Origin: Aulosira sp. ZfuVER01
Lineage (GTDB): Bacteria > Cyanobacteriota > Cyanobacteriia > Cyanobacteriales > Nostocaceae
Reading direction: 5' to 3'
NCBI GenBank assembly: GCA_034530615.2
Contig: JAVRCV020000039.1
Coordinates: 1-64,000 of the forward strand
Length of the DNA stretch: 64,000 nt
Below, in pieces: positions 61,661 through 64,000 of this stretch. Both the position numbers and the translations under genes were made by a program. The notes under the pieces were generated by a model, which saw only the letters and a program-made list of their open reading frames with translations, was not told the origin of the DNA and did not search any database. The number at the start of each line of letters is the position of its first letter. Positions within the stretch are counted from its first letter, which is position 1.

Positions 61661-62262
61661 TCATTAATGGCATTCAGCAACACTTCCGATAGGCTCATAT
61701 CTTCCATCTCTTCCATTGTAATGGTATCGCAGATATCAAATTTAGCTCCAGCACTCTGGAGTTCGTCATCTAGGACTTTGAGAAAGCGTGTAGCTTGGGC
61801 ATCTGTACCAACTTGAATGAAGGAAATAGCTAGTTCTTCATCGCGATCCATGTGGCGGGAAGCTTCAATAATGACTCTCATTACCGCTTTGCGATCGTCT
61901 GGTTCACCATCGGTAACAACTAAAATTGTTTCACCATTGGGCTTGGTTTTTTTAGCAGCTTTGCGTTGAAAGTAATCATCAGTTGCATGTTTTAATACGG
62001 CTGCTAAGTCAGTGGTTCCAGAGGGGTCATTTTCTCGAAAAATTTGTGAAACCTTAGCCGAAGTTACATTTTCATAACGCTTGAATTTTCCAGAAAATAC
62101 ATAAATAGTAATACCATCTGGGTCAAATTGTTCGCATTTGCTAGCTAGGGCTAAGGTAGATTCTTGGGCGGCTACCCATCTACTTCTACCACCTTTTTGA
62201 TCTGGGGTAGCCATGCTGCCGCTTTTATCGATAATCAAGGTGTAATCACGATTTTCTAGCAT
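61657..62262 (-). CDS. vWA domain protein (copy 3)
   Basis: MIDAS motif DKSGS...T...TDG. Confidence 0.9.
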   Translation of the reverse strand: MLENRDYTLIIDKSGSMATPDQKGGRSRWVAAQESTLALASKCEQFDPDGITIYVFSGKFKRYENVTSAKVSQIFRENDPSGTTDLAAVLKHATDDYFQRKAAKKTKPNGETILVVTDGEPDDRKAVMRVIIEASRHMDRDEELAISFIQVGTDAQATRFLKVLDDELQSAGAKFDICDTITMEEMEDMSLSEVLLNAIND

Positions 62263-62306
62263 TTCTAAATTCTCCAAGTATTTAATAACAACTTCTAAAC
62301 TCTTAA

Positions 62307-62912
62307 TTAGTCAGTTATCGCCTTGATTAATACATCGGTAAGGCTCATCTCTTCTAATTGATCTAAAGTTATAGTGTCACAAATATCAAATTTAGCCCCA
62401 ACACTTTGCAATTCATCATCGATAGCATGAAGAAACTTTGTAGCTTTGGTATCTGCACCTACTTGAATCAGAGAAATTCTTAATTCTTGGGGGTTATCTA
62501 AACGCTGAGTAGCATTGATAATGACTTCATATACTGCTTGGCGATCGCCTGGCGCACCATCAGTGACAACTAAAATTACTTCTCCTGCTGACTTGGTTTT
62601 GCCATCTGCTTTGCGTTTAAAGTAGTTATTAATTGCGTCTTGCAGTACACCTGCTAAGTTAGTTGTATCTCCTGGTATATTTTCTGTGAAAATTTGCTTG
62701 ATTTGATCTACACTGACATTATCGTAACGCTTAAATCCTTTAGCAAACAGATAAATCGTGATTCCATCGAGGTCAAATTCTTCGCATCTAGCAGCTAAAG
62801 CAAATGTCGATTCTTGTAGTGCTGTCCATCTACTTCTACCATCCCTTTGATCTGTAGTACCCATGCTGGCACTTTGATCGATAATTAAGGTGTAATCCCG
62901 ATTTTCTAGCAT
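62307..62912 (-). CDS. vWA domain protein (copy 2)
   Basis: MIDAS motif DQSAS...T...TDG. Confidence 0.9.
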   Translation of the reverse strand: MLENRDYTLIIDQSASMGTTDQRDGRSRWTALQESTFALAARCEEFDLDGITIYLFAKGFKRYDNVSVDQIKQIFTENIPGDTTNLAGVLQDAINNYFKRKADGKTKSAGEVILVVTDGAPGDRQAVYEVIINATQRLDNPQELRISLIQVGADTKATKFLHAIDDELQSVGAKFDICDTITLDQLEEMSLTDVLIKAITD

Positions 62913-62972
62913 TGCTAATTCCTCAAAACTTGCTCATAATTAATTAGATAAAACTAACAGACTTAGTGAAGA

Positions 62973-63578
62973 TCAGTCAGTGATTGCATTCATCAAGACA
63001 TCTGCAAGGCTCATTTCTTCTAAGTCGTCTAAAGTCACAGTATCGCAGATATCAAATTTAGCGCCTACACTTTGTAACTGATCGTCTAAAGCTTTGAGAA
63101 ACTTAGTAGCCTGGGGATCGGAACCAACCTGAATAATGGAAACGCCTAATTCTTCATCTCGATCCATTTGGCGGGTAGCATGGATAATGACTTCAAAGAC
63201 GGCTTTGCGATCATCTGGTTCGCCATCGGTGATTACTAAAATTGTCTCGCCATTGGTTTTGGTTTTACCCGCTGCTTTCCGCTTAAAGTAATTATTGAGT
63301 GCGTCTTGGAGTACACCTGCTAAGTTGGTTGTACCAGCAGGATCGTTTTCTTGGAAAATCTGCGCAACTTTAGCTGATGTTACATCGTCGTAGCGTTTAA
63401 ATCTCCCAGAAAATACGTAGACTGTAATCCCATCAGGATCGAATTGTTCGCACTTTCTTGCCAACGCCAGAGTGGATTCTTGGGCTATATCCCATCTAGT
63501 TCTCCCACCGGCTTGGTCAGGAGTGGACATACTACCACTCTTGTCAATAATTAATGTATAGTCACGGTCACTCATCAT
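62973..63578 (-). CDS. vWA domain protein (copy 1)
   Basis: MIDAS motif DKSGS...T...TDG. ATG 63578 aligns with the paralog starts and follows an AAGGA RBS. Confidence 0.9.
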   Translation of the reverse strand: MMSDRDYTLIIDKSGSMSTPDQAGGRTRWDIAQESTLALARKCEQFDPDGITVYVFSGRFKRYDDVTSAKVAQIFQENDPAGTTNLAGVLQDALNNYFKRKAAGKTKTNGETILVITDGEPDDRKAVFEVIIHATRQMDRDEELGVSIIQVGSDPQATKFLKALDDQLQSVGAKFDICDTVTLDDLEEMSLADVLMNAITD

Positions 63579-63733
63579 AGTATTCCTTTGATTGTTACCC
63601 TGTGGTTCTAGTCTAACCACCGGAATCGACGTTGATATAGGTATTCTCACCCTTATTGTGATAACTGCTACTGATTTGCTACTCAAATCAACTTATTTTA
63701 ATACCGTTTTCAGTATTTGATCTGCTGTTGCAA

Positions 63734-64000
63734 TTATGAAGTAGTATTAAAAATTTGTTGTGCGGTCAGGTTGAGTTCTGGGAATGCAGTAGATATAATC
63801 CGGTCATCCCCCCTAAATTGAGTAACCTGATATTCGTCATCAACTAGTTTATAAATTGATAAAGTTGGTTTTTTGGGGCTACCTATATATTTAATCCCAC
63901 CTAATCCAAGGTAATCTACAATCCAATATTCAGGTATTTTAATCTCTTCATACTCACCCATTTTTTTATAATAATCATCGCGCCAGTTAGTACTAACTAC
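63734..64000 (-). CDS. Uma2-family (PD-(D/E)XK) endonuclease, partial
   Basis: Open from the window edge: VVSTNWRDDYYKK..EY...IPEYWIVD...FPELNLTAQQIF. Confidence 0.88.
   Translation of the reverse strand, partial: VVSTNWRDDYYKKMGEYEEIKIPEYWIVDYLGLGGIKYIGSPKKPTLSIYKLVDDEYQVTQFRGDDRIISTAFPELNLTAQQIFNTTS

Larger units (their letters stand above)
1..64000. repeat. HIP1 octamer (GCGATCGC) dispersed throughout
   Basis: Dozens of occurrences in coding and intergenic DNA, e.g. 12512, 12772, 14729, 24625, 40238. Confidence 0.95.

Noticed and set aside
63693..63735. Second Uma2 C-terminal remnant (IATADQILKTVLK*)
   Set aside because: Too short to distinguish from chance.
1..64000. CRISPR array, tRNA or rRNA genes
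   Set aside because: No regularly spaced repeat-spacer units or cloverleaf/T-loop context seen. The repeats are short tandem or palindromic types.

Overview
This is 64 kb of chromosome from a filamentous, probably heterocyst-forming cyanobacterium (Nostocales-like). The evidence is dense HIP1 (GCGATCGC) octamers, STRR-type heptamer repeats, xisH/xisI, psaM, ycf54 and a ValRS carrying a CAAD membrane domain. Most of it is housekeeping (pdxJ, crtE, folD, mutS, valS, yajQ, ebsA, mgdA, dnaX), interspersed with accessory modules and many small repeat elements. I found no tRNA, rRNA or CRISPR array. Strongest observations: (1) an ABC/AAA ATPase plus DUF4276-like gene pair sits between two diverged ~170-bp copies of the mutS promoter and 5' end, both starting at a HIP1 site. 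(2) A GxxExxY nuclease gene is bracketed by 32-bp inverted repeats, and the same repeat family occurs without the gene elsewhere, suggesting a nuclease-driven mobile element. (3) A single-chain PheRS paralog has the Phe-binding FPF loop changed to HPY and a probable 5' frameshift. (4) An hflX - isoaspartyl peptidase - ATP-grasp operon lies inside a galactofuranose/glycoside gene neighbourhood. (5) There are several MITE/REP families, some nested and some translated in-frame inside proteins. All family assignments come from motif recognition, not database searches.
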